In this document: positions 9,946 to 20,431 of the stretch, piece after piece
How the letters are laid out: the number at the start of each line of letters is the position of its first letter
Numbering within the stretch: the stretch's first letter is position 1
From: Trueperaceae bacterium
GTDB lineage: Bacteria; Deinococcota; Deinococci; Deinococcales; Trueperaceae
Length of the DNA: 64,000 nt
Reading direction: 5' to 3'
Assembly (NCBI GenBank): GCA_965213925.1
Contig: OZ243927.1
Span: 2,400,001 to 2,464,000, forward strand
Made by a program: the position numbers and the translations under genes
The notes under the pieces: generated by a model
Database searches by the model: none
Seen by the model: only the letters and a program-made list of their open reading frames with translations
Told to the model about the DNA's origin: nothing

Positions 9946-10488
9946 TCAGCGCTTCTTGCGCCGCCGCTTGCGTCCTTTCCACATGTGGTCAGGCTGGATA
10001 CCGTCCGCTAAGAGGTGGAGCCACTGCGAGAGGTAGTAGCCCGCGAGCGCGCCGACGGCGAGTTCTTGCCAGTTTTCACGTAAGGCTAGGCGGATGCGGA
10101 AGGTGTAGCCGAAAAAGGGCGAGAGCGCCGACACGCCCCACCCTAGCGCGAGCGCGACGAGCGCCATGTAGAGAAGGCGGGTCAGCGGACCAACGAGCCA
10201 GGAGTGCGAGAGCCCCCGGTGCTTGAAGAGCTTACCGTAAGGCACCCAGAGGAGCCCCAAGAGCCCCCAGTTACTCTTCGCGCGCACGCGGTTCTCGGCG
10301 AGGTCGAGGTCGGGGGTGACGAGATACGTGCCGGTAAAATACGCCGCCGTAAAGACGCCGACCGTTTCGGGCGCTAAGAGCACGTCGTATTCGGCGGTGT
10401 AGCCCTGCGACTGGGCGAGCGCGTAGCCGCTCACGAGAAGACCGAAGGCGGTGAGGTTGATGGCTTCGTGGGTGCGTCCGCTAGGCAT
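9946..10488 (-). CDS. DUF2227-family putative metal-binding membrane protein
   Basis: MPSGRTH, PDLD, HRGLSH, HLLAD. Confidence 0.85.
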   Translation of the reverse strand: MPSGRTHEAINLTAFGLLVSGYALAQSQGYTAEYDVLLAPETVGVFTAAYFTGTYLVTPDLDLAENRVRAKSNWGLLGLLWVPYGKLFKHRGLSHSWLVGPLTRLLYMALVALALGWGVSALSPFFGYTFRIRLALRENWQELAVGALAGYYLSQWLHLLADGIQPDHMWKGRKRRRKKR

Positions 10489-10754
10489 CTCTTCACCATA
10501 AAGGCTGAAGGTGAAAGGAGCCGTAAGGGAGTTCTCGCTTCTGTTCAGGCTCGAGCATGACTTCGCAGGATTAAAAAATCGGGGTCGTGGCGCTATCTGG
10601 AACGGTGCAAGGGTCAGATTAAAGGGTTGCAAAGGTCTGGTTGTAGTAGCGCGCCTCGACGGGAGTACGCAGAAACATTCGACTTGGAGCCGCTGACATC
10701 TCAACGGGAAGCTAACTCATGGTGACGCCTAACCCCGGGTTGCTACACTGTCCT

Positions 10755-12011
10755 ATGAAAACTACAGTATACCTATGCAGCCTTTGGTTGCTGCTCTTGA
10801 GCACGGCTGCGGCGCAGCGCATCGCTTACGTGACGCCGGCGGGCGAGCTGGCGACGGTGGAGCCGGACGGATCGCAAACAAGAATTCTTGCGGAACCGGG
10901 ACGCTACCAGTTCCCGGCGTGGTCACCTGACGGCGAGCGGATTGCCGTTATCGGCGCGGACGCGGAGGGCGCGGCCGTCTTTAGCGTCGCGGACGCGGCG
11001 TGGGGCGAACCCGCGCGTCACTACAGCAGCCAACGCGAAGCGCCCATCTATCTCTACTGGTCGCCCGACTCCGAGACCATCAGCTTTCTCGCCAACCGCC
11101 CCGAGGTCGGGCTAGCGCTGCACCTCGCGCCTGTGAGCCGCGAGGACAACCCCGAAGAGAGCCGACTTCTCTCGACGGGGAGCCCTTTTTACTGGCAGTG
11201 GACCGAGGACGCGCAGCGTTTGCTCGTGCATACCGGACTGACGGGAGAGGACGCGCGGCTCGGCTTCATGGCGGCGGCGGAGGATAACCTCACCGAAAAC
11301 CTCTCCAACCCCGGGCTCTTCCAAGCGCCGGGCATCTCGGCGAGTGGCGACTACATCGCCTACGCGGAGATAGACGCTGCGGGGCGCGGTCGCGTCGTCT
11401 TAGCGGACACAACGGAAGGGGCAGGCGAAAGCGAGCGGCGTGAGGTGCCGCACCAGGGGCTCGTCGCCCTGTCGTGGAGCCCCGCTGAGGACACGCTCGC
11501 GCTGATGAGCCCGCCCGTTGCTGCGCCGCATACCTACGGACCGATTCGCCTCCTAGACGCCGCGACGGGCGACCTGACGCCGCTCGTCGAGGAGGTCGCC
11601 ATCGCCTTTTTCTGGTCGCCGGACGGCAGCAAAATCGCCTACCTCTCGCCGCTGACAAGCGAGGACGAGGGACAACAGGCGCGAGCGCCGATGACGCAGG
11701 TCAGCTTGCGTACCCCAACCTCCCAGCCCAGGGCTCCGCTGCTCCTCAACCTCTCGGTTGTTGATGTGGCGAGCGGCGTGAGCGAGCGGCTCACGACCTT
11801 CGCGCCGAGCCCTCTGTTCATCGGTCAATATCTGCCCTTTTTCGACCAGTACGCGCTCAGCCACCGCCTCTGGTCGCCAGCGAGCGACGCGCTCGCACTG
11901 CCGATGTTGACGGTGGAGGACGGGCAACCGAGGTCACAAGTGGTCGTCGTGCCCCTTCAAGGGGAGCCGCGTCCTATCGTGCCGGGTGACATGCCGTCTT
12001 GGAGTCCCTAA
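10755..12011 (+). CDS. Secreted TolB-like beta-propeller protein
   Basis: Signal peptide and repeated WSPDG motifs. Confidence 0.8.
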   Translation: MKTTVYLCSLWLLLLSTAAAQRIAYVTPAGELATVEPDGSQTRILAEPGRYQFPAWSPDGERIAVIGADAEGAAVFSVADAAWGEPARHYSSQREAPIYLYWSPDSETISFLANRPEVGLALHLAPVSREDNPEESRLLSTGSPFYWQWTEDAQRLLVHTGLTGEDARLGFMAAAEDNLTENLSNPGLFQAPGISASGDYIAYAEIDAAGRGRVVLADTTEGAGESERREVPHQGLVALSWSPAEDTLALMSPPVAAPHTYGPIRLLDAATGDLTPLVEEVAIAFFWSPDGSKIAYLSPLTSEDEGQQARAPMTQVSLRTPTSQPRAPLLLNLSVVDVASGVSERLTTFAPSPLFIGQYLPFFDQYALSHRLWSPASDALALPMLTVEDGQPRSQVVVVPLQGEPRPIVPGDMPSWSP

Positions 12012-12195
12012 CGTCCGTTCAATGAGGTGCGTCTGCTTTAGATGTCGAGCTGAGTCTGCGAGCTACCGAACTGCGCTCGAGAGGTCTTGAAAGATACCTA
12101 CACTACGAGTTCCTGGGCGTTCCTCAAGATAACCTCACGAGTCCCCAAGAGGTCGAGTGAGGTGAGCCGAGTGGTGAAGCGGTCAACCTACACGA

Positions 12196-12221
12196 AAAAG
12201 CGCACCTCGAGGTGCGCTTTT
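12196..12221. terminator. Bidirectional terminator
   Basis: Perfect palindrome aaaagcgcacctcgaggtgcgctttt between convergent genes. Confidence 0.75.
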
Positions 12222-12240
12222 AAGCGTTTAGAACGCGGTA

Positions 12241-14688
12241 TTACTGGGAGAGAAACTCTGGCGCGAGCGCGACCGACTCGGCGTTATCGACGTCTACCGA
12301 TGTAGACGGTTTAATGTTCCAGTCGCCCTTGTCGTAATCTAGGATGTTATTGAACGCGAGCACGCTGTCCTTGGTCTTCTCCGCGACGAAAAGGGTTTCG
12401 CCGTCAAAGGTGATGTCTACTGGGTTACCCAGTGTCGTATTGGGTCCGCGCACGCGCGCGCTCACTTCAACATCGCCATTCGCACTGCTCGCGTCGGTCA
12501 GGACGTAAAGTGCGCCGTCCGCGTCGAACCCGTCTTGGTCGGGCGTGGTCGCCGCGCCTACGTCCGAGAGGATGAGCAGGTCTTGGTCCGCGACGTGGAC
12601 GATACCGTGCAGGTTCGCTGAGGCCTTTTCGCCCGCTCTCGTCGGGGTGATTTCGCGCTCGGGACCGTCATCATAGTCTTCGGTGTAGTTTTCATAAACG
12701 AGCACGACGCCGTCCGTTCCCGCCGCGAAGAGGGTGTCGCTCGCGGGGTCGTAGTCCAAGTCCCAGACGCTGCGCTCGTCGTTGCCGAGGTCGGTGGTGT
12801 AGCGCGGGGCGGCGTTGCCCTCCGCGTCAGTGCTGAACACCTTGATGTCCTTTGCGCCGAAGTCAGCGACGATGACGATACCTAGCGAACTTACGACGTC
12901 CAACCCTTTGGGCGCGACGAGGTTTGTCTTATCGCCCATGATAGTGCGGCTTTCTTCAACCTCTCCGCCGTCCTGCGCTGCTAAGCCATCGACGAATAAG
13001 ATGCCGCCTTCGCTAGGCGTGTCGCCATTGTCAAAGGTAAGGTAGCCGTTCCCACTAGTATCAAAGGTGAGGTTCTCGGGGTTGCTGGTCACGTCTGACG
13101 TGTCGAACGCGCCGAGGCTTTCCGAGAGGTCGGGCGCTAACTTGACGACGAAATCGTCGCCCGACTCGGGCGCGTTGCTGACCGCGAAGAGCGCGTCGAT
13201 CTCTATTTCGGCGTCGTCGATGTCGGTCACGTCAGGGTTTTGTGTAGGCTCAGGAGTGGGTTCTGGGTTGGGCTCGGGGCTTGGCTCAGGCGCGTCGAAG
13301 TCCATCGGCGCAGCCACGAGCGACTCGGGCTTCGTCTCGGGCTTGACCAGGTCCGGCATGACCTCGCCGTCCGGTGCGTCCGGCGCGAAGAAGTCGTCGA
13401 AGATGAGCAAGACATCGTTGGCTTTTTCAGCGATGCGAACCTCGTCGTAACCGTTGAAGATCACATCAACTGGGTTGCCGAGGAGTGTCCAGCGACCTCT
13501 GATAAGGCGGTCCGGGGTAGCGTTGCCGTCCAAGGTGCTCGCGTTTAGGAAAGCGTAGATGCTGCCGTCAGTCTTGAAGCCGGGCTGGTCAGGCGTGGTC
13601 GCCGCGCCGACGTCCGTGACGACGAGTGTGTCCGAGCCTGAGTCGTAGGCGACGCCGTGGATGTTGTCCGAGATTTTTTCGCCGTCTTGAGCGGGGGTGA
13701 TGAGGCGGCTGGGGCCATTCGCGCCGTAGTCCTCTAGGTAGCTGTCAAAGACGCCGATGGTACCGTCCGTGATCGCAACGAAAAGGCGGTCCGTGTTCGG
13801 GTCGTAAGCGACGTCCCAGGGCGCGGCGTCCAGCGCGGTCGTGGCAACAGGTGAAGCGTTGCCGCTGTCTGAAGCGTTAAAGACCTTGAGGTCGCCGTCG
13901 CCGAAGTCGGCGGCGATGATGAGACCCGCGTCCTCGGCTAGCTCGATACCCTTAGGAGCCACGAGACCGGTTGCGTCACCGCTGATCTCACGGTCTAGCT
14001 CAGGGTCGAATTCGCTTGCGTTCTCCGGTCTGTCGTAGAGCTGCGCAATGATGCGGATGCTGGGGCCGTTTTCCCCGTCGCCCGCTTGGTACACGTTGCC
14101 GAAGTGGTCCACCTCAACGCCCTCGTTGTTGCCCGCGTTAAAGGTGCTCTGTAACTCGAAGCGCTGGTTGAAGGTGTCGATGAGACCGGCGTTTTCCGGG
14201 CCGTTATTGGAGACATAAACAGTGCGCTCGTCGGGAACGAAGCCGCCGGACGCAGGATTCACAACCACCACGACGACAACAGTGAGCGTGTCGCCGTCCG
14301 TCGTTTGGACGGTGATGGTGACCGTGTAGCCGCCCATCGCGAGGTCGGAGAGGTCAATCGTGAAGGTGCCGCCGTCCAGCGTGACGGGGTTGTCCGCGCT
14401 GATGACCTCGTCGGTACTGCCTTGCACGGTGTAGCGCATGTTCGTTACCGGGACGCTCACGGTGCCCGCGAGGGTCAGTGCGTCGCCGCTCAACATGAGC
14501 GTGCAGTCGCCCGAGACGTCCGTGCAGACGGCGGGCTCGCTCAGCGTCACGGGGGACGCGCTTGGGTCATTTGGTGCTGGCTCGGTTGGCTCAGTGAACG
14601 GCGTGCCGCACGCGGCGAGCAGTCCGGCGGTGAGGAGGAATACTAGTAGTCGGTATGGACGTTTCTCTTTGCGGGTTGGTTGCGTCAT
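12241..14688 (-). CDS. Acidic lipoprotein: Ig-like domain plus two tandem beta-propeller repeats
   Basis: Lipobox LAAC; internal duplication (LVAPKG, DVGAATTPDQ, LGNPVD twice). Confidence 0.8.
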   Translation of the reverse strand: MTQPTRKEKRPYRLLVFLLTAGLLAACGTPFTEPTEPAPNDPSASPVTLSEPAVCTDVSGDCTLMLSGDALTLAGTVSVPVTNMRYTVQGSTDEVISADNPVTLDGGTFTIDLSDLAMGGYTVTITVQTTDGDTLTVVVVVVVNPASGGFVPDERTVYVSNNGPENAGLIDTFNQRFELQSTFNAGNNEGVEVDHFGNVYQAGDGENGPSIRIIAQLYDRPENASEFDPELDREISGDATGLVAPKGIELAEDAGLIIAADFGDGDLKVFNASDSGNASPVATTALDAAPWDVAYDPNTDRLFVAITDGTIGVFDSYLEDYGANGPSRLITPAQDGEKISDNIHGVAYDSGSDTLVVTDVGAATTPDQPGFKTDGSIYAFLNASTLDGNATPDRLIRGRWTLLGNPVDVIFNGYDEVRIAEKANDVLLIFDDFFAPDAPDGEVMPDLVKPETKPESLVAAPMDFDAPEPSPEPNPEPTPEPTQNPDVTDIDDAEIEIDALFAVSNAPESGDDFVVKLAPDLSESLGAFDTSDVTSNPENLTFDTSGNGYLTFDNGDTPSEGGILFVDGLAAQDGGEVEESRTIMGDKTNLVAPKGLDVVSSLGIVIVADFGAKDIKVFSTDAEGNAAPRYTTDLGNDERSVWDLDYDPASDTLFAAGTDGVVLVYENYTEDYDDGPEREITPTRAGEKASANLHGIVHVADQDLLILSDVGAATTPDQDGFDADGALYVLTDASSANGDVEVSARVRGPNTTLGNPVDITFDGETLFVAEKTKDSVLAFNNILDYDKGDWNIKPSTSVDVDNAESVALAPEFLSQ

Positions 14689-14846
14689 TGTTTCCTCTCG
14701 CGAGTCGCGTTGAGATGATCTGAGGTTTCTTTAGGCTCGAGATGTTGCCGAGGTGAAAAGCTTCTCTAGGGCTGCCTCCTCCTGAACTAGAACGCGCCGC
14801 CGAGCCGCTAGCTGACCCTCGGCGCTTTTTCCCTTTAACTCACCTA

Positions 14847-14871
14847 ACGCATGAAATTTCACTTTGGATGC
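14847..14871 (-). promoter_or_regulatory. Candidate ECF promoter for the lipoprotein gene
   Basis: GCATCCAAA-N12-GCGT on the minus strand. Confidence 0.5.
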
Positions 14872-14939
14872 GTCCGCGTGATGAAATTCGGCGCTGCACA
14901 GCCCGAGTGAGCGAAGAGGGAAGACAGACGGCTTCTCGC

Positions 14940-14964
14940 GCATCTAAAACGCTCTGGCGCGCGT
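14940..14964 (+). promoter_or_regulatory. Candidate ECF promoter
   Basis: GCATCTAAA-N12-GCGT. Confidence 0.45.
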
Positions 14965-15006
14965 TTCTTTACAGATGAAGCGTGAGGAAAGGGCATTGAC
15001 GACGCT

Positions 15007-15231
15007 ATGGTAAAACGTAGATACAGTGCGGAAGCCGGCGTAGGGGTGAAGCTGAGCGACATCCAGTGTCTCCCGAAAGATGACCTCTTGGTCCTTATCC
15101 ACCAGGTCGAGGAAGCGGTCGTCCGAGGTACGGCGCAGATGAGGGACTACGAGACGTTCGTGCGCTGCCAAAAGGAGCTGTTGAGGCGTGAATTTTTCCA
15201 CTTTGAACGTGACAAAGCATCCAAACCCTGA
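15007..15231 (+). CDS. Small hypothetical protein
   Basis: 74-aa ORF downstream of the candidate ECF promoter; no recognisable motif. Confidence 0.35.
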   Translation: MVKRRYSAEAGVGVKLSDIQCLPKDDLLVLIHQVEEAVVRGTAQMRDYETFVRCQKELLRREFFHFERDKASKP

Positions 15232-15242
15232 GGTGCGCGCGT
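15217..15242 (+). promoter_or_regulatory. Candidate autoregulatory ECF promoter of the sigma gene
   Basis: GCATCCAAA-N13-GCGT just upstream of GTG 15258. Confidence 0.55.
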
Positions 15243-15257
15243 AAAGATGGGTAGAGC

Positions 15258-15851
15258 GTGAAGGGCTCGCCGCCAGATTTGCCGCCAGATTCGTCAGTCG
15301 ACCCGCCGGTGGACCCGGAGGCAGCCCTCGTCATCCGTCTAGGGCGCGGCGACGAAAGCGCCCTGGATGAGCTTTACACTCGTCTAGGTGGAGGCGTTTT
15401 TGCACTAGCGTTCGAGTTACTCAGGAGCAGAGAGGAGACTGAAGAGGTCGTGCAAGATACGTTCCTAACGTTGTGCCGCAAAGCGCACCTCTACAACACG
15501 CCCGAACGCTCGCCTCGAGCCTTCGTCTTCACCGTCGCGCGCAATAAAGCGCTCTCGAGGCTGAGACGGCGCAAAGCGCGTCCTACCAAAGCGAGCGGCT
15601 GGGACGTGCACGAGCCCAGCGTCCCCTTCGTCGCGCCTCAGAGCGAGCAGACGACGCGCCTCTACGCCCAAGACCTCTTGGCGACGCTGAGTGGCGAGGA
15701 GCGGGAGCTTGTCGAGGGCGCGTTCTACAAGGGGTACACGCACGCCGAACTCGCCGAACTGACCGGGCTGCCCCTGGGCACCTTGAAGAGCAAGCTGCGC
15801 CGCGCGCTGCTCAAACTCAGAGATCACGCAAAAGCAGGGACGAAGCGATGA
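15258..15851 (+). CDS. ECF RNA polymerase sigma factor (SigK-like)
   Basis: EEVVQDTF region 2; GYTHAELAELTGLPLGTLKSKLRR region 4. Confidence 0.92.
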   Translation: MKGSPPDLPPDSSVDPPVDPEAALVIRLGRGDESALDELYTRLGGGVFALAFELLRSREETEEVVQDTFLTLCRKAHLYNTPERSPRAFVFTVARNKALSRLRRRKARPTKASGWDVHEPSVPFVAPQSEQTTRLYAQDLLATLSGEERELVEGAFYKGYTHAELAELTGLPLGTLKSKLRRALLKLRDHAKAGTKR

Positions 15852-16936
15852 GTGAGCCTCTGACCATGTCGAGCGACCATCCCAAAGACCTCTTGCCCGA
15901 CTACGTGCTGGGACTGCTCACCCCCGCAGAGGTCGCCGCGGTCGAGGCGCACCTAGCGGGTTGCGCCGAATGTCAAAACGAGGCGTGGGACCTAGCCGAG
16001 CCGCTCGTCGTGCTGAGCGAAGCATTGCCGAGCGAGCCGCCACCCGAGCGCCTTTTACGGGCGGTCAAAGCGGAGCTGGCGGGCGCGCGACTCCCTGAAC
16101 TTGCCGAATTTGTGTCGGATGAGCCTCGAGGCGGTAAAGCCAGCGAGGTCCGTGACACCACACCCCTTCCGCTGCCGACGACGCGACCAAGCGTGTCTTA
16201 CGCTTGGCCGCTCGCCGCTGCTTTCGCGTTTGTGCTCGCCCTTGGTGGGTTCTTGTGGGGCTTCGATACCTACGGAACCCTCCAGCAAGTCCGCGCCGAC
16301 GAACGCCTCTTGAGCCATTACCTCGCGCGCCCAGAGGTACAAAAGGTCGTGCTCGAGAACGTCTTAACAAGCGACCGCACCGAGCCTATCGGCAGCGCCC
16401 TTTTAGTCTCGGAAAGACCCGCCGAGGTGCTCTTCGTGCTCAGTGAGAACGCACCTCAAGGGCGCACCTACCAAGCCTGGGGGCATACCAGCAGCGACTG
16501 GGACCCGGAAGGTGGGGAGACTTTGGAGTCCCTTCTCACCTCGCGAGACGACGTCTTTGAAGTGGACGCGGGCGGATTCGCCTCGCTCTACTTGAGCCTC
16601 GAGCCCGCTGGCGGCAGCCCGCAACCGACGAACCCGCTGAGCAAAGTGTCACTCCTCAACCCGGTCGCGAACGCGCCCCTCGAGATCACTACGCCCGAAG
16701 ACGGCAGCACCGTGTCGGCGGACAGCCTCATCGTCAGCGGCGCGCTCGACCCCTCCATAAGAGACCTCAGCTACACCCTGAATGGCGGCGAGCCCACCCG
16801 AACGAGCGCGGCGAACAACCGCTTCAGCTTCACGGTAAACGGGCTGCGCGAGGGGCAAAATACGCTCGAGGTCGTCGCCACGGACAGAAACGGCGAGCGT
16901 GTAACCGCGTCTGTGCAGGTGACCTATACGCCCTAA
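15848..16936 (+). CDS. Anti-sigma factor (zf-HC2, TM, RskA-like, C-terminal Ig-like)
   Basis: HLAGCAEC, one TM, YQAW, SLEPAGGSPQPT, GQNTLEVVATD. Confidence 0.88.
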   Translation: MSEPLTMSSDHPKDLLPDYVLGLLTPAEVAAVEAHLAGCAECQNEAWDLAEPLVVLSEALPSEPPPERLLRAVKAELAGARLPELAEFVSDEPRGGKASEVRDTTPLPLPTTRPSVSYAWPLAAAFAFVLALGGFLWGFDTYGTLQQVRADERLLSHYLARPEVQKVVLENVLTSDRTEPIGSALLVSERPAEVLFVLSENAPQGRTYQAWGHTSSDWDPEGGETLESLLTSRDDVFEVDAGGFASLYLSLEPAGGSPQPTNPLSKVSLLNPVANAPLEITTPEDGSTVSADSLIVSGALDPSIRDLSYTLNGGEPTRTSAANNRFSFTVNGLREGQNTLEVVATDRNGERVTASVQVTYTP

Positions 16937-17042
16937 CGCTCGTCACCCAACCTCACCCCAACTTTGTACTTCCCCTTGCACTGTGACCTCCATGACGAGC
17001 TGTTAAACTGTCCTTGCGGACCAAATCAGGGAGGCTTGTGCT

Positions 17043-18182
17043 ATGAAGAGACGAAATGTATGTGTGTTCAGGGTCAAGACGCTCTTGTCCGCCCCCCTAT
17101 TCGCGCTGTTCGTAGGAGGCTGGGTCGGGGAGTTACCAGGACCGGGCTTCGCCCTCGCGCGGGGTGAAAGCGCCGACGTGATCATCGTGAGCAAGCCGCC
17201 GCCGCCCACCGTGCCGAGCGACCCCTCTCAAGGGCTGATCTTTCGCGCGCCCCTCGACATGTCCGCCTCGAGCATCACCTTCGACACCTCCAACACAGTG
17301 GAAGGTGAGACTACGGACGTGCCTAAAAGCCTCGAGTACCTCCGCTTAGACGCCGCTGGCGACGCCTACATCACCTTCGACGACGGACCCGCCGAAGCTG
17401 CGCCCGGCGGCGTTATGGTCATCGAAGACTTCATGAACCGGACGGGCTTCGATTCGTCCAGAGACCGCCTTATCACGGGCGAAGCGGCGGGTTTAGTGGG
17501 ACCGAAAGACCTCGCTTTAGCGGACGACTCAGGCGTCGTCATCGTCTCGGACTTTGCCGAGGCGAAGGTGGCTGTTTTCGACACTCGAGCCGGTAGTGAC
17601 GCCGCGCCGCGCTTCGTCACGTCCGAGCTTGGTCTGACGGAAGCGGGCGAGCCGCGCCGTCCTTGGGGTCTCGCCTTCGACACGGCGGCGGACAGGCTTT
17701 TCGTCGGCGGCACCGACGGCACGGTGCTCGTCTTCGACGACTACCTCGTCAACCGGGGCGAGGGCGGACCGGACCGCGTCATCACGCCCTTTTCAGGAGG
17801 CGGACAGGCATCTGCTAACATCCACGACCTCGTCTACTTAGCGGACGAAGACGTGCTCATCGCAACGGACGTGGGCGCGGCGACCACCGCCGACCAGCCG
17901 GGTTTCGACACGGACGGCAAGGTGTTTGTGCTCGAGAACGCGAGCACCGCCGAGGGCGAGACCGAAGTCAAGGCGCAACTCGCCGGACCGAGCACCATGC
18001 TGGGCAACCCCGTCGGCGCAGCATCCCACGGCAGCGACCTCTTCATCACCGAAAAAACGAAGGACACCGTGCTTCGCTTCGGTAACGTCCTTGGCATGTT
18101 GGGCGCGGTGAACGCCGCGCCGACGGGCGCAGTCACGGTGGCGAAACCCGAAGCGGTGGCGCTGGTGTCCGAGGAACGCTAG
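17043..18182 (+). CDS. Secreted beta-propeller, paralog of the 12241-14688 repeats
   Basis: LVGPKD, ANIHD, TDVGAATTADQPGFDTDG, LGNPV. Confidence 0.78.
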   Translation: MKRRNVCVFRVKTLLSAPLFALFVGGWVGELPGPGFALARGESADVIIVSKPPPPTVPSDPSQGLIFRAPLDMSASSITFDTSNTVEGETTDVPKSLEYLRLDAAGDAYITFDDGPAEAAPGGVMVIEDFMNRTGFDSSRDRLITGEAAGLVGPKDLALADDSGVVIVSDFAEAKVAVFDTRAGSDAAPRFVTSELGLTEAGEPRRPWGLAFDTAADRLFVGGTDGTVLVFDDYLVNRGEGGPDRVITPFSGGGQASANIHDLVYLADEDVLIATDVGAATTADQPGFDTDGKVFVLENASTAEGETEVKAQLAGPSTMLGNPVGAASHGSDLFITEKTKDTVLRFGNVLGMLGAVNAAPTGAVTVAKPEAVALVSEER

Positions 18183-18383
18183 ATGAAGGCTTTATAAAGG
18201 TTTCTCTACACTTTCGCAAAGCGTTTTTGTGTGCTCTGAGCCCGCTTAGCTATATGAAATCCTTATAGTAAAGAAAACAATCTAGGGAAACCTATAGCGA
18301 AGTTGCTGCAGCAGGGCTACCGCTGTGAGAAACGCGCTAAAAAATGCAGCGAAAGCGACGTGCAGACGAGTCAAAGGAGAACC

Positions 18384-20378
18384 ATGAACACGGCAGCGAA
18401 AAGCGTCTCTCGGGTGCCCCACCCTTCCGCACCCGAGTCCACAGGTATCTACACCGCCCCCGAAGGGACGGGGCACGCCGTTTTGGGGCGCACGCTGCCC
18501 TCTTTGCTCGACGAAGCGTGCCGCAACAACCCGAACGAGCGGGCGTTTAATCAGTTTAGGGAGGGCGTGTGGCAGCCCCTGTCTACCGCTGACTTCCGCA
18601 CCCAGAGCGAAGCTTTAGCGCTCGGGCTTACCGATCTGGGCTTAGAGAGAGGCGACCGCGTCGCCTTTTTCACGCACAGCGACCTCTCGTTCTGCCTCCT
18701 CGACATGGCGTGCGCTATCGCGGGCTTGGTCAGCGTGCCGATTTACCTCACGCACGCACCCGAGGCGATACGCTTTATATTAGATGAGACCCAGGCGAAG
18801 GTGCTCGCCGTTTCGGACGGGGCACTTTTAGCCGATATCGAGCCGCTGTTGGGTAATGTGAAGGGGCTCGAGTCCCTCCTCATTTGCGACGCCGAGAACG
18901 CTCCCTCAACCTCTAAGCTCCCTCTTCTCTCTTACAGCGACGTGCAAGAACGCGGTGAGCACGTGCGCCGCGAGCGTCCAGACGCGGTTAAAGCGCTCCG
19001 CGCGGACCTGCAACCGGACGACCTCGCCACCATCATCTACACCTCCGGCACGACGGGTACGCCCAAAGGCGTCATGCTCAGTCACGAGAACCTATCCTCA
19101 AACGCGGTCGCAGCCTTTAGCGGCATCCACGACCTTAAACGCGGCGAAGAGGTGGCGCTCTCCTTTTTGCCCCTCACGCACGTGTTCGCGCGGGCGATCC
19201 AGTACGGCTATATGGCGTGGGGCGTCGCGGTGTACTTCACGACGCCGGACAAGGTCGGCGAGCACCTGCGCGACGTGGAGCCCACTGTTTTTGCCACCGT
19301 GCCGCGCGTGTTGGAAAAGGTCTACGAGCGCATCCTTACGGCGGGCAGCGCCCTCTCCGGCACTAAAAAGCGGCTTTTCGACTGGGCGCTAGAGTTGGCG
19401 CGGCGCTACCGCGTCGGTGAGATGCCTAAGAGCCTCTACGCGCTGCAACTGCGCGCCGCCGACAGGCTCGTCTTAGCGCGTTGGCGCGCGGCTTTGGGCG
19501 GCGAAATGCGCTTAGTCATCGTGGGCGGCGCAGCCTTGCGCCCCGAACTGGTGCACCTCTTCGGCGCAGTCGGCATCGACGTGTTGCAAGGCTACGGTCT
19601 CACCGAGACGAGCCCCATCATCGCCTACAACCGCCCCGAGGCGAACCGCGCTGGCACGGTTGGGCAAGTCTTAGCTGGCGCAGAGGTCAAGCTGAGCGAA
19701 GAGGGCGAAATCTTGACGCGCGGTCCGCACATCATGAAGGGCTACTACAACAACCCTAAAGAGACGAATAAAGTCATTGACGAAGAGGGCTGGTTTCACA
19801 CCGGCGACTTAGGCGAAGTATCCGAAGACGGCTTTCTCAGCATCACCGGACGGGTCAAAAACCTCTTCAAGCTCTCGACGGGCAAGTACGTGATGCCGCA
19901 ACCCTTGGAAGGCGTTTTAGAAACCGACGACCTCATCGAAACCGCGCTAGTCGTGGGCGAAAGCGAGAAGTACACCGCCGCGCTGCTCTTTTTAAGCCAG
20001 GACCAACTTAGGAGCTTCGCCAAGCGCCTCGAGCTAACGGGGGAGATGGCGGATTGGCTCAAATCTGACGCCCTGCAAACGCATCTCAAAGAGGTCATCG
20101 AGCACGCCAACCATAGCCTGCCGCACTGGTCACACGTCAAACGCGCGGCGCTGATTGCGGAGAGTCTGACGCTCGAGGGCGGTCTCCTCACGCCGACGTT
20201 GAAAGTTAAGCGGCAAGAGGTCAAGGCGCACTACAAGGCGCAGCTCGACGCCCTATTCAGTCGCGGCGACGCGCTCAGTGAAGAAAGTAGCGCGCAAGAT
20301 GGCGAGGGACACAGCGGAAAAGCCCCTCCTGCGAGTGCTATTATAGGTGTCGAAACGCAAAAAAGCGTCCAGGCTTAG
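18384..20378 (+). CDS. Long-chain fatty acid-CoA ligase
   Basis: YTSGTTGTPKG, QGYGLTE, WFHTGDLG; AGGAG RBS before ATG 18384. Confidence 0.92.
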   Translation: MNTAAKSVSRVPHPSAPESTGIYTAPEGTGHAVLGRTLPSLLDEACRNNPNERAFNQFREGVWQPLSTADFRTQSEALALGLTDLGLERGDRVAFFTHSDLSFCLLDMACAIAGLVSVPIYLTHAPEAIRFILDETQAKVLAVSDGALLADIEPLLGNVKGLESLLICDAENAPSTSKLPLLSYSDVQERGEHVRRERPDAVKALRADLQPDDLATIIYTSGTTGTPKGVMLSHENLSSNAVAAFSGIHDLKRGEEVALSFLPLTHVFARAIQYGYMAWGVAVYFTTPDKVGEHLRDVEPTVFATVPRVLEKVYERILTAGSALSGTKKRLFDWALELARRYRVGEMPKSLYALQLRAADRLVLARWRAALGGEMRLVIVGGAALRPELVHLFGAVGIDVLQGYGLTETSPIIAYNRPEANRAGTVGQVLAGAEVKLSEEGEILTRGPHIMKGYYNNPKETNKVIDEEGWFHTGDLGEVSEDGFLSITGRVKNLFKLSTGKYVMPQPLEGVLETDDLIETALVVGESEKYTAALLFLSQDQLRSFAKRLELTGEMADWLKSDALQTHLKEVIEHANHSLPHWSHVKRAALIAESLTLEGGLLTPTLKVKRQEVKAHYKAQLDALFSRGDALSEESSAQDGEGHSGKAPPASAIIGVETQKSVQA

Positions 20379-20431
20379 TGACGTTGTAGCCGCGAATAGC
20401 AACTAAGTAAAACCCAAGATTGGAGCAACGC

